In this document: positions 11,625 through 24,368 of the stretch, piece by piece | How positions within the stretch are numbered: position 1 is the stretch's first letter | Layout of the letters: every line of letters begins with the position of its first letter | Assembly: GCA_030390025.1 (NCBI GenBank) | Contig: CM059425.1 | Coordinates: 176,888,001-176,952,000, forward strand | DNA from: Squalus acanthias | Taxonomy: Eukaryota | Length of the DNA: 64,000 bases | Direction: 5' to 3' | Position numbers and translations under genes: made by a program | Notes under the pieces: model-generated | Told to the model about the DNA's origin: nothing | Databases searched by the model: none | Seen by the model: the letters and a program-made list of their open reading frames with translations, nothing else

Positions 11625-12829
11625 ACTCAAAATCTAAAGGAAAACATGCTTACACCATATCATAGTTTTAATGAGACAAAAGAAATCACTTCCCTGTAAG
11701 CAATTAATTAAATTAATTACGGAATGGATCAAAATGCTGGTACACCTTCATAAGGCCACGTTCCATCAGTAAGGGACAAGTGATAAAGCTGCATTGCTTT
11801 AATGAAGATTGCAGTGTCATGGAAACAGACTGGACAGAAGGGGTCCAGATTCTCACTAATAAAACTTTTTAACTTCAAAGACCCTTCAGCCCCAGAAATG
11901 TTCAACTGCAAAACTCTTTTATGTCAGATTTGGATTAGAAGCTACAGAGGTTACACCCATCCCAAAGATGGACAATGGCTGCAACTCATAGACTTTAGCT
12001 CCCTGCCTCTTCCTGATTTCCGAGTTCAGCAGTTCTCTGCTGTGGGACAGGACCCATGTTGCACTTTCGAAGCTGCATAATGTTTAATAAAATCAAGAAT
12101 CCAGATAATTGTCACACTCATGTTGTACAAATGGCCACTGGGAGTTTATAAACCAAAATCCCAAATGGCCTCTAACCCGAAAGAGTTAAGAAAGCCTTCA
12201 GTTTTCTTTGTACCTGAATACTTGGTACATGATGCAGTAATTCTATGTTTCTTTGTACAATAAGAAGCGATTAATGTAACTTAGACACTGGTCCATGCTA
12301 TCCAGAGGCATTTACTGTCCGCAACTGGCAGTGAAGAGATAGAAGGGGGAAAAAAGTGAAACCAATCACTCACCTCTCACCTCAGCATTGGAGTTTTGCC
12401 ACACCACAAAACTTAGGGCACCCTGACCTTGCAAATGTAGGACTGTGTGTAAAGTGCTGCGCCCTATCCCCAGCCGTCAGGAGCAGTGCTTCACATGCAT
12501 GGCTCATTTAAATTCCACTACACAAAACAGCTTTCAAAGATTCTTGCTCTTACAAGTCTGAGAACCAATTAAATTTGGAAGTACTTCAAACTCAATCGAA
12601 ATTGGGCTTAGTTCCAGAAACAGTTCCAGGCTACAAGTAACCAGCTGAAAAGTTTCCATAAAGTGGAGAAAGTGGTATAGCACAGGAGCACAGTAGCTAA
12701 AGGATCGGCTAGCAATGGTAAAATCCCTTCGTTTAATGAGGCAAAATAACTTTTCAAAATGCCCTTAACATGCACCATTCCTCAAATTCTGTTCCTCCGG
12801 AATGACCTTAGAAGTGCATAAGAGTAACA

Positions 12830-13350
12830 ACAACTTACATAACATAGAAGCTGTGTTACATAGGAGGGAGAAGAAAAAATATCGATAAAAGAAGTAAAGG
12901 AGTGGTTGCCAAGCCATGGTGCTAGTATTAGGAGAGGTGGCCAAAAGCTTGGTTTAGGAGGCTTTGAGGAGTGAGAGGTGGAGGGAGTATCCGAGAGTAG
13001 GGACGATGGTGGGACAAAGGGAGGGTGGGGATGCACCAAAGGCCAGAGTTGGAAGACTGCAGAGTGCGGGAGGGAATGCAAGGCTGCACGAATTGCAGAG
13101 ATATGGGTGTGGTGAGGCCATGGTGGAATTTGAAGATGAAGATGAGGATTTTAACTTTAATACATTGGGAAACAGAGAGCCAATGTAGGTTAGCATGGGG
13201 GGAGCATGGTGGGGTGGTGGCAGTGGGAGATTGATGGGCGAGCAGGACTTAGTGAGGAACAGGATATGGGAAGCTAAGTTTTGAACAAGTTGCAGTTTAT
13301 GGAAGGTGGGAACTGGGAAGCCAGCAAGGAGGACATACGTTGGAGAAATT
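12830..13350 (-). mobile_element. L2 LINE 3' fragment (degenerate)
   Basis: Homologous to the L2 pieces at 25183-25672 and 54175-55367. Confidence 0.7.
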
Positions 13351-13616
13351 GAGGTAAATTTTCGTCTTCAGCGCATGGACGGTAATCTGGCAGAGTGGGT
13401 CGTCTGCCTGTTATAGAACTCGTTTGATTTTCATTCCATTGATTTCAGATAACCACCAGTTTTTCAGGATCTAGTTAAATCAAGCCTTTGAAACTGTACT
13501 CTGTTCAAAACTCTCATTATAGAAACCATTCCATGGCTGCTGGCCTATCCAAAAGCACCAAACTGCCTCCTTGAAGTTTGTATTTTGGAAGATGGCATAA
13601 CCTCTTTAAAGATATA

Positions 13617-14886
13617 GGCCCAGATATTCCGATCCCTACAGGTGGGTACGAGCTGTGCACCCACCCGTAGGAACATCGGAAATGCCGGTTTCAGGCATGC
13701 ACAGCGCATGCGCTGAAAACCAGCATTTCCGATCTGTCAAGAATGATCTTGACAGATCCTCCGGCTGCCTTGGAGAAGGGCCTCTGCGGGCGGATAGTTC
13801 CGCTTTTTGGAGACCCTCCGCCCGTAGAAAACCCTTACAATTCTTACGCCTGGTACGTTTTACATTGGGCCAAAAATTCATCCCGCGATGCGAGAGTACG
13901 CACTGCGTACTCTCGCGTATTCCCACTCCAATTGCCGGTTTTCTGCATGCCCTGCGCATGCGCTGAAAACCGGCACTTGCTCTTTTGAAAAGGGGGCGGT
14001 TCCTCGGTGCATCGCGTGCGCACTACAGGCTGCGCGCACGCTGTGCACTTCATGCTTTGGACGCGCAGGTAAGTACGGAAGATTTTAGAAATGGAAAAAG
14101 GAGTAAGACCCACTTTTAACAAGGTAAGCAGTGAATTAAGTATTTTTTTGAATTTTTTTTAACAGGTATATCTTTTTTAGAGACTTTAAAGACAGGTAAG
14201 TTTATTTTTATAACTTTTTAAAAGATTTTAAATTTTTTCAAAAATTTAATTTTTTATTTAAAATGGTTAATTTATTTAACTATACTTATTTTATTAATGT
14301 GATGGGTTTTTTTTTAAATTTAATTGAGGTTTAGCTGTTATTTTGGGGGGTGTAAGATTCATAGATTTCACAGCACGTATGTGAAACTTATGAATGGAAG
14401 ATGGTGTGCTGCCATTGGCTCTAACTGAGTCACGTGATCCCACAGCTCGCACGAATTCACTACGCCGGTGGGATGCGCAAGCACTGCCCAGCTGATGTCT
14501 GGAACATCAAGTTCGTGCGAGCTGGATCTGAAAAAGCACAAGCGGAGTGAGAGATCGCGGGGAAGCCTTACCCCCGCGGGAACAGAGCGAGATCAATTTC
14601 TGGGCCTATGTTTTGGGGGTGATCTCCATTCATATATTTGACAGGTCTTCCTGTCAAATGTATGATGGAAGATTCCCTTCCGTGAATGGCTCCCCATGGC
14701 CCACGTGATCCCAGGGACACTGCGAACTACACGCGCCTCTGGGATACGCGGGCCCTGCGCACTTCAAATTTGGAGAGGGCCAGGAGCGGAAGCGTGTGCG
14801 TCACGGGAGCCCTCAGGTAAGGGCGTAGATTTTTCCAGATCGCAGGCCTCCACCCGCGGGAGGCCTGCGATCGGAAAATACGGGCC
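13617..14886. mobile_element. A-like MITE with a nested B-like MITE (13867-14606), both inverted relative to the 6.0-7.6 kb copies
   Basis: Outer TIR GGCCCAGATATTCCGATC...GATCGGAAAATACGGGCC; the inner element is a diverged reverse complement of 6886-7649. Confidence 0.8.
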
Positions 14887-16079
14887 AATAAACATCCCCA
14901 TCAAACTGCCTCACCAAATCAATGTCTGTTGAATTTTAGTCTTTAAGATCATGTTGTTATAACTAATATATATATTAACATGCCCAACACTCAATCACCT
15001 GAGACAAAAGAAACAGTGAACCATATAATTAAAACCAGTTTGAGGTTTATAATTATTATTTTGTATTATAAATGGACACTGTACAGGGATTTGATTTAAA
15101 TTTTAAGACTGATTTGTTGTGCACCGCCAAAAACATAACAAAGAGCTGCCATAACACTCAGAATTGAGTGGATTTTGTTGAATGCCATGATTAATAACAG
15201 ATGGCTGCTCGCACTGTACTTGGGAGCACAGGATAGGCAGCGTGACTTGAATGATGAGACCTCCGGCCGAGTCCATAAATCAAGACACCATCTTCAGTAT
15301 TGATTCAGACACCCTCCAGATTTTCTTTTTCATGCCCAGTGCAAAGGCCCACTTCCACAGTGATGCTCTATTCTCTACGAAACCAAAGCATAACCTGGAG
15401 ATTAACTTTTCTGCACCTGACTACCACCACCCCCCTCTCCGGGCTGTCAAACCCAAATCATTAGCTCTTTCTCCTTTTCACAGAGAGGTAACAAAGTTAA
15501 CTAACATCTTTCTGAAGTACAAAAGCTGGCAGGTAGTCATCTATCCATTAACTGATTAATTGTCAGATCAACTAGGCAATTGCAGCCTACTTGTGAACAA
15601 CATTAACTGTTTCTAATACCTGAGTGAAGTTTGCAGTTATTAACAGTCCACCTATATGGAGGTGACGTACCTTCAGCACGAGACAAATAATACCATAGTT
15701 GAGGGAAACACAGATAGGCTGGCCCTGAAAATCCATGGGGCCACTTACTCGAGTGTTACACCCTGGAGATGACACTTCCACCTGACAAATGAAAGCAGAG
15801 CTGACCTCACCATAATTTGCAGGCCAGCTTGTTAATTATCCACTAGTAGCGGCTGAGCACAACTCCTGTATAACACAGAAGTACTGCACTGGGGGAAACG
15901 CCGTTGCATGTAGCCACCTTTAAAGAGCTGAGAATGGTTGAAGATTTCAGCAGCAGGCTGGGGGAGCAGCAGGTAAATAGTGAACATTTTGCCAAACTGA
16001 GGGAACTGTCGGATATGTGTAGTTGGTGAGAGATTTTATGGCATATTTAAACATGAGAAAAAGAACAAAAAATGAAAAA

Positions 16080-16312
16080 AGAAAAGAACTTGAATTTATA
16101 TAGTGCCTTTCATGACCTCAGGATTTTCCAAAGCACTTTACAGCCAATAAAGTACTTTTTGAAGTATAGTCATTGCTGTAATGTAGGAAACGTGGCAGCC
16201 AACTTGCATACAGCAAGATCTCACAAACGGCAATGAGATAATGAGCAGATAATCTGTTTTAATGATGGTGGTTGAGGGATAAATATCGCCCAGGACACTG
16301 GGAGAACTCTTC
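16080..16312 (-). mobile_element. DeuSINE (SacSINE1-like) 3' part
   Basis: Deu-domain sequence (GGGATAAATAT..CCAGGACAC; AGCAGATAATCTGTTT) plus an L2-like tail. Confidence 0.75.
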
Positions 16313-16769
16313 GAATGGTGAACCATGAGAAAAACAGTGAAAATTATGAAGATGAGGAACAGGATGTTGAGTAAACAGACACACAGTAGTCCCTGCCCAT
16401 GTTTCTCTGTGCCAAGCCCCTTTTGTCACCCCTGAATTTCTTGCTTTCTCACTCCCATGCACCTGCGAAGATACTTTCAACTGGGGGGAAATTAGATAGT
16501 GAAAATGAGGATCTGGCATCGGGTGATTCACTGAGCACGAGGGTGCTGAGGAAAGGAGAGTGGGTGAGGATGTGCCACCTTCCCAGCAGAGGGCGAGGAG
16601 AAGGACATCCATGGCTTTGAACCCAGATCTCTAGGTACCCACCTATAAAGAAGGATGTTTGAGGAACATCACATCTAGTCTCTGGTCAGTCTCTGAAGAT
16701 GTGCAGCAACTGACAGCTGTGATTTAGAGTCTACAGCCCTCATTTACAATATCATAGAAGATGCTTTCC

Positions 16770-17050
16770 TTGTTGCAGTTATCTGATGACTGCATGCCTG
16801 GACAGCACCTTGACTGATATTGCACTAGTCCCACATGGCTACTTGAAATAAGCCAGTGGTATAAACATTGAGCACAGTGGTAACTTCACAGCCACAGGCA
16901 GAGCAATCTGGGCAAATAATTTTAGCTACCAGTCTTCATGCAGAATGTCTTCAGGTCTTCTAAGGCCACATTGGTGAAGTGCACTCTTCACATGCAGAGC
17001 TCCTACTGAGATCTTCATACTGTCTACATGGCCTACAAACTCTTTTTTCA
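16770..17050 (-). pseudogene. PIF/Harbinger transposase N-terminal remnant
   Basis: Translates with a frameshift and a stop as RVCRPCRQYEDLS...IALPVAVK/VTTVLNVYTTGLFQVAMWD*CNISQGAVQAC, similar to the HARBI1-type HTH region. Confidence 0.65.
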
Positions 17051-17889
17051 GGATTATTATCTCAATCTGGTGCATCCTCCTCAAATGCTGCCTCACCTTT
17101 CCTCCATCCTGTACTGCTCCTCCTCCTCCTCCGGGCTTCCCATATCTGATACTCAGAACCTCTTACTGTGGGTGTGGAAAGCATTATCTGGTGGTCTCAC
17201 AGGGCCTTATGCTGTCGGAGTTAAGTCCAGCTCAATTCAGGTTTGAGGTTAAAAAATGCTTTAACGGCTCTTTTGAAGCAATCTCTCTGGAATTTATTTT
17301 CAGGCTGCAGACTCCAAAGTAAAGCTCTTCCGCCGCCTCAGCTGATGCTGGCAACAGCTTCACATCTTTTACATTCTTCTCACTTATCCCTGGTGCATTG
17401 CGAGTGTAACTTCCAAGACTTTGCACCCCAACACCAGGCCCCTCATTTACATACATTTAAAAGAGCTGTCTGCAGAATGGTTGGGCGGACAGCGGGAAGG
17501 CCCCAGTCCTGATTAGAAATGATGTTGCTGCCATTACGGGGCGGAATCAAGACGAAACAGATCCCAAATGAGAATCCACCACTGAAATTGCCACTGTGCT
17601 GAAATAGCACCCCAGAAACATGCGGTTTTGGGGACGGTAGTTCCAGTGAGCAGTAATCAAATTAAATTTGCCACCAACTGACCAGCAGCAAAATCCCATA
17701 TAGAAATACTTTTTAAAGTCTTTTATGATTTGAAACAAGACAGAGCTCTGACCGGTCATGCTCAGTTCCTCAGCTGCCATTTAGTCACCTAGTCAGTGCT
17801 GTCCCCCAACAACCTACACCTTTTAAAGCACCTTTCACCTAGCGAAATACCAGTGTCCCATCACCGCTTGCCTCTCCTCCTCGCACAGT

Positions 17890-20208
17890 ATAAAGTTCTA
17901 TGCTAGGAAATTTATTCAAGAAAAACAGAACAGGAATTTTTCTATATTTCTGTTTAAAAAAAACAATCGTAAGGAAGTTTGAGTATTTTTTATTCCACTG
18001 CAGTGGGCATTATACAAGTGTAATGCGGTTTGCCAGGACTGCTGCTCCAAAATTCATGTTCTGAATTAACAGGATAAATAATTACAAAAGGAGACGCAGC
18101 AAATGTTAAATATAGGATTCAGTGTAATAAAATGGATGGAGAGGTCTAATGCTGGAAATAAAACAGTTTGCACAGAAAAGGAGTACTGCTCGTAGATGGT
18201 ATCACTGGAGCAGTCTAGCTTAGACCACACTGGAGGGTCTCCATGGCAGAAAAAAACTTGCATTTTCTAAAAAGATCAAAGACATCAATTTTTTCTATTT
18301 ACAAAAAGGGGTGCACTTTGAACAAAAAAAATCCCCATAAGCTTTCTTCGCCTTTAAACACTGGCAAAGAAATGAGGAAAAAGTGGCAAAACCAACCTCG
18401 TCCTACAAATAAATACTGCCTACATGCAATTGACAGAAAAGCACGAATAACTGTATGAAGAGGCCTACAGTGTAGGCCACCCCACCCTTCATGTTGACAG
18501 CAATGGGATGCAAAATAAAAAAGTATAACTCATTGACAGTGATGTCATAGAACTAGCACATTACTAAAAGCTGAATTTATTTTGTGTTGTGCCAGCTGAC
18601 ATTAATTTTCTTTTCAAAATGTTGTTTTCCATATAAGGATAAATTATGCAAAGCTCTCAGCACAGAGTCTCGGGAACACTGATTGAGGAATTAAGTGTAG
18701 AGGTCAGCCATCCAATTCACATCACTCCTGCTTTTAAGATAATTAAAATTAATCACCGAAAAATCAGGAGCATTGACCTCTGTACTAAATTCTTCAATCT
18801 GTGCACTCATTGAGCGAGGCTCTGCATCAGGAGCAGAACCTCATCAAATTTGTTTTACAGTATCTTGGTACTGTACACCATTTATAAATATATGCAACAC
18901 ATTTGGAGTCATATTTTTTATAATATCACAAGTCTGCCCACACACATTGTTTGAAAACAGTTTGCATCTCCAATAGTTCATTGAAAAGATGTTGCTGCTT
19001 GGTTGGTGCTCATGTAAGAGTGTCTGACAAAACTGTCTTGGGGAGGGAGAAGAACCAGAAAAGCTGTATGCCTGCTGGGCAATTTTTTATGAAAAGAAGT
19101 GCCCCTTTAAAATCTGTAAGATGCTTTATTGCTGCCAAGACTCAGGAGAGTATGTTACAAAATTAAGTGCAATGTTTTACTGAATATTCAAGGGTGATCA
19201 TTCTAGTGAAAAAAGTTCAATCATTTGAATAAGACAACTCCACAATGCTTTGGTGTATAAAGCACATTGTACAAAATCGATGTACAATGCAACTTTTTTT
19301 GTAAATAATATCCTATCGTATCAATTTACTTACTAGGCAAGTCTAACTTAAAAGCATTCAGCAATTGTACAAAAAAAAAGTCTGTACTGACCACACCTAA
19401 AAGAAAGTGAATAGTGGTTTTATAGAACAAAGAAACACAGAAAAAAGAAAATGTGAACAATTGAACGAGGGAAAAAGAAATGCAGCAGCCTATTTTATGC
19501 ACGGTAAGGTCCCACAGACAGCAATGAGATAAGTCACCAGTTATTTGTTTTTTGGTGGCATAAAATGAAAAAATGAGGTAGACAAAATTATAAAAAGAAA
19601 CATGCAAAAATGAAGAGAGAAAATAATAAAATAGGATGGCAGAGTGATGCAGTTCATTAGCGTTTCAGGACTGACTGTACATGGGTTTAAATTCTCCTCC
19701 CTAAGTGGCAGGATTTCACACATTTACAAGTGTCATAAGCAGAGACCTCAAAGCAGGTCTTCCCTGTCCAGGAAACGACCTAGCAGGTAAGGAGAAATGG
19801 ATGTGGGGGAGAGGGACGGGGGATAACGATAACATTTACAAGTACTGTAAATAAAAAGATAATATAGACATATGGGATAAATAAAAATACAAGAAAAGTC
19901 ATTAAAATGAACTAGAATATTAGAAACAAGGTGCTGCATAAAAAAAACCAGAAGCAGAAAATTACAAATATTCAAAGAATTTTTTTTTAATGAGAAGCAA
20001 CCAGCCTATTGTCAAGTTGTTCCCTGGGCTGCTACACATCGATGGCAATAGATTCAGATTATATAAGAGTTATGCAACGAATGCAGAGACCACTAACTCA
20101 GAAGCGTGGAGCTGGGTGACCCATTTCTGATATGTGATGGTCCATATATGGTCTGGTCTATTATTCCTCTTGTAATTGGTTAGTGAGAGTAAAAGAAATG
20201 CTTGAGAA
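17890..20208 (-). other. Candidate terminal exon / long 3'UTR of the TRIM gene
   Basis: 2.3 kb with no recognisable TE; U-rich on the minus strand; AATAAA (minus) at 17911-17916; TGTAAATA (minus) at 18296-18303; possible acceptor at 20209. Confidence 0.35.
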
Positions 20209-20695
20209 CTAAACAGACATTTCAGCCTTCAGTCTGTACACTTTATCCATAAAAATCTATAAGTGGCTTTGCTGTACTTTCTGGATATTAATTTTTTATT
20301 ATAGCAATGTGCTTCCTAGTTTTTCTTATACCATGCTCGTGGCAAATTGCTAAATATTTTGTTATTCCTCAACCTTTTATTTGCAAATATATCCTACTGC
20401 AGAGACCACTACTATCCTATACACCATACTCCCCCCTCCACCACCTCGAATAACACCAGTCATGGGTCTGAAATAGTTCATTTTGCCACTGCACTGAAAT
20501 GGAACTAAAGCAAGAGTGCACCCCTATTACTGGTGCTTGCAACCTTAAAGTTTCATTTTCATGGTGAAAGTGAATCCTGGGAGTATAAATTTAAACTACG
20601 TCGGCAACCAATTTAAACCAAGTGCATAGCCCAGTACTGAAGTATAATTGTAATAGCAGCTCACCCCTGACTTAAATCAATTAATATTTCAGAAT

Positions 20696-21210
20696 CTGCC
20701 CATTGCACTCGGCAGCTCGCCCACTCGATGTAAATGAGGCCTGAGGCCCACTATCGGGAGTGCCTTGGGCCTCACCAGTCAGATACAGGGAACAATTCCC
20801 CTGCACACCCAAAGATGGGCGCGTGCGAATTTCTAGGCCAGAGTCTCTTCAACCTATGGCCATTTCTTGTCCATTTTACAACATTTTATTCTCAACTATT
20901 TCTTGTTGAGCTTGAGGAGATAGAACCCTCGGCATAGGGAGTAGCTGCCACCTGGCTCCATCCCCTGGCCATTATTTGTCTAGTAAAGGGCAGACAGAAG
21001 TTCCACCCCATTACAAGGCATTGAGGAAACTGCCGAAAACAGCAGAGGACTCGCTGGAGGAACCTCCGAGAATATTCAACTCTTAAGAATCATCCTCTGA
21101 AAATAACATTACTCTGCCATGTCACTGAGTGTAAGAGCTTCGCTGTAATACCTCATCATTTTAACACCAGGCATTCCAGGGATTAAGCAAACTCAAAGTA
21201 GAAACTGTTA
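20696..21210 (+). repeat. Duplicate of 11115-11624, bracketed by a 60-bp direct repeat (20626-20685 / 21210-21269)
   Basis: Direct sequence comparison. Confidence 0.92.
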
Positions 21211-21589
21211 TAACCCAGTACTGAAGTATAATTGTAACAGCAGCTCACCGCTGAATTAAATCAATTAATCTGATACAAACACTCAACAACAGGGCACTGA
21301 ACAGCAAATATTTCCCCCTTTTGGAATTCTGCTGCTGATCGAGACAGAGCAGACTTTGACTACTTCAAAGGCTAACTATGATATTATACTGAGTTATCTC
21401 TTGCATTCAGCGAATTGCAGCTTCATTGACTTTCCTTTCCCTTTCACTCATAGGATAAATTTCATAGTCCACGGAATATAGTTGCACATCTTTGATATAT
21501 TTGTGGAATAAACTGGGAAACTGTAACCATATTCCATTTTTATTTTGCTGCAAGAATGTTACTACTGACCTCAATGCCCCAGTGGGTGA

Positions 21590-21888
21590 ATAGAAACATA
21601 GAAACATAGAAGATAGGAGCAGGAGTAGGCCATTCGGCCCCTCGAGCCTGCTCCGCCATTCGATGAGATCATGGCTGATCATCCAAACTCAGTACCCTGT
21701 ACCTGCCTTCTCCCCATATCCCTTGATACCTTTAGCTTTAAGAAATATATCTAACTCATTCTTGAATATATTTAATGACTTGGCCTCAACTACCTTCTGT
21801 GGTAGAGAATTCCACAGGTTCATCACTCTCTAGGTGAAGAAATTCTTCCTCATTTCTGTCCTAAATGGCTTACCCCTTATCCTTAGAA
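21590..21888 (-). mobile_element. CR1 3' end
   Basis: (TTCTATGT)n tail and GGCCGAATGGCC hairpin, as at 47200-47280. Confidence 0.88.
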
Positions 21889-21894
21889 TGAAAT

Positions 21895-22200
21895 GCCCAG
21901 TGCAGTACTGAGTGTTACAGACCAGGAAGCTCAGGGCAGCAGTTGATGGTGCCACAATTGGCATTTCTGGTCTAGGGAGTGGAAAATCAGCCAGGGCCCC
22001 TGCTTCTCATCACTATCTAACCACCCCTACTAGAGATTTAGCATTTGTGGGCATCAGGAATGAACAAAATCTGTCTCAGTTGTGTTGACCTCCATGGTGG
22101 ATTAGACACCACTGACATGCACTGTCTAGCCTCACACAGAAAGAATGATCACTGGGAGGGCAGCCAGTAGAACGGTACCACAACATGTGTTATTACTTTC
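21895..22200 (+). mobile_element. Ancient SINE remnant (LF-SINE-like)
   Basis: Similar to 28210-28480 (GGAAAATC..CACTATC); degenerate. Confidence 0.45.
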
Positions 22201-22353
22201 AGGTGAGGAAAAATGGATACTGAATTACTTGAAGTGACTGTAGTTTTCAAATAAGATTCAATATCACTTTCTCACTGATTTGCTTGCTCATTACACTTTG
22301 TAGTTCAGCTGAAAGATGCTCATTAGAGCATCATTGTCAACATTCAGTATTAG

Positions 22354-23176
22354 TCATAGAATCATAAAATCATAGAAATTTACACACAGAAGGAGGCCAT
22401 TCGGCCCATCATGTCTGCACCGGTCAAAAAAGCTATCCAGCTTAATCCCACTTTCCAGCTCTTGGTCTGTAGCCCTGTAGGTTACGGCATTTTAAGTGCA
22501 TATCCAAGTACTTTTTAAATGCGATGAGGGTTTCTGCCTCTACCACCCTTTCAAGCAGTGAGTTCCAGACCCCCATCGTCCTCTGGGTGAAAACGTTTCT
22601 CCTCAACTCCCCTCTAATTCTTCTACCAATTACTTTAAATCTATGCTTCCTGGTTATTGACCTCTCTGCTAAGGGAAATAGTTCCTTCCTGTCAACTCTA
22701 TCTAGGCCCCTCATAATTTTATACACCTCAATTAAGTCTCCTCTCAGCCTCCTCTGTTCCAAAGAAAACAACCCCAGCCTATCCAATCTTTCCTCATAGC
22801 TAGAATTCTCCAGCCCTGGCAACATCCTTGTCAATCTCCTCTGTACCCTCGCTAGTACAATCATATCTTTCCTGTATTGTGGTGACCAGAACTGTACGCA
22901 GTACTCTAGCTGTGGCCTAACTAGTGTTTTATACAGTTCTAGCATAACCCCCCTGCTCTTGTATTCTATGCCTCGGCTAATGAAGGAAAGTATCCCGTAT
23001 GCCTTCTTAACCACCTTATCTACATGTCCTGCTACCTTCAGGGATCTGTGGACATGCACTCCAAGGTCCCGCTGTTCCTCTACATTTCTCAGTATCCTAC
23101 CATTTATTGTGTATTCCCTTGCCTTGCTAACCCTCCCCAAATGCAATACCTCACACTTCTCTGGATTGAATTCCAT
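22354..23176 (-). mobile_element. CR1 ORF2 C-terminus + 3'UTR, 5'-truncated
   Basis: ORF 22442-23182: MEFNPEKCEVLHLG..RPQLEYCVQFWSP..RRLRGDLIEVYK. Confidence 0.92.
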
Positions 23177-23299
23177 GATCATTCTTTCTGTGTGAGGCTA
23201 GACAGTGCACGTCAGTGGTGTCTATTCCACCATGGAGGTCAACACAACTGAGCCAGATTCTGTTCATTCCTGATGATAGATAGAAAATCTTTGATTCAA

Positions 23300-24018
23300 A
23301 GATGGGCCTATATTCTATAAGGGATGAGAAAGTATAGTTATGAGGATAACTGAGACGGGAGCAGAGAAGGCTAAAAGAAGATTTAATAAAGATTTTTTAA
23401 ATTATGAAAGGTTTTGATAGGGTGATTAGGGAAAGACTACTTCCTTTGCTTGGGGATTCATTGACAAGTGGTCATCAATTTAAAATTGTCACTAAGAAAA
23501 TGATGAAAATGGTTAGGAGAATTTCTTTTAATTCAGAGGGTGATAATTTGCCAGAGATAATAGTTGAAACAGAGATCATTGCAACTTTTAAGGAAATATT
23601 AGATAAACATTGGAAGCAAAGGAAGATACAAGGTTATGGAGAGGGAGCAGGGCACTGGGATCAGTTCTGGATTTCTGCAGCAAAGACCTGGCGCAGACAC
23701 AATGGGCCAAACGGGCTTCTTCTGTGCTGTAAACCTTTTTTAAGATTTAGGTAAGGATTCATAAGCACGGTTAAATTCCACCTGACCGTGATAAATTTGC
23801 TGCGTGAAAAATAAATTGCTACCACAGGGAGTGGTTGAAGTGAATAGTATAGATGCATTTAAGGGGAGGCTAGATAAGCACACGAGGAGGAAGAAGGATT
23901 ATGCTGATAGATTTAGATGAGGAAAGACGGGAGGAGGCTCGACTGGAGCATAAATGCCGCATGGGCTGATTGGGCCAAATAGCCTGTTTCTGTGCTGTAT
24001 ATCCTATGTAATCCTATG
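23300..24018 (+). mobile_element. Two degenerate CR1 3' fragments
   Basis: MKGFDRV..GHQFKI; CR1-type tails. Confidence 0.7.
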
Positions 24019-24064
24019 CAAATAACTGTCCAACATCATTTATGAAATTTCAGCAAATAATATA

Positions 24065-24368
24065 GAAAAAAAAGACTTCATTTCTATAGCGTAATTCACA
24101 ACTTCAGGATGTCCCAAAGTGCTTTACAGCCAAGGCAGTATTTTTGAAGTGTAGTAATTGTTGTAATGTAGGAAACGGGGAAGCCAATTTGCATACAGCA
24201 AGGTCCCACAATCAGCAATATGATAATGACTAGATAATCTCTTTTTTTTTTAGTGATGTTGATTGAGGGATAAATATTGGCCAGGACACCAGGGATAACT
24301 CCCCTGCTCTTCTTTGAAATAGTGCCATGGGATCTTTTACGTCCACCTGAAAGAGCAGACGGGGCCTA
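24065..24368 (-). mobile_element. DeuSINE
   Basis: Diverged reverse complement of 56603-56985. Confidence 0.8.
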
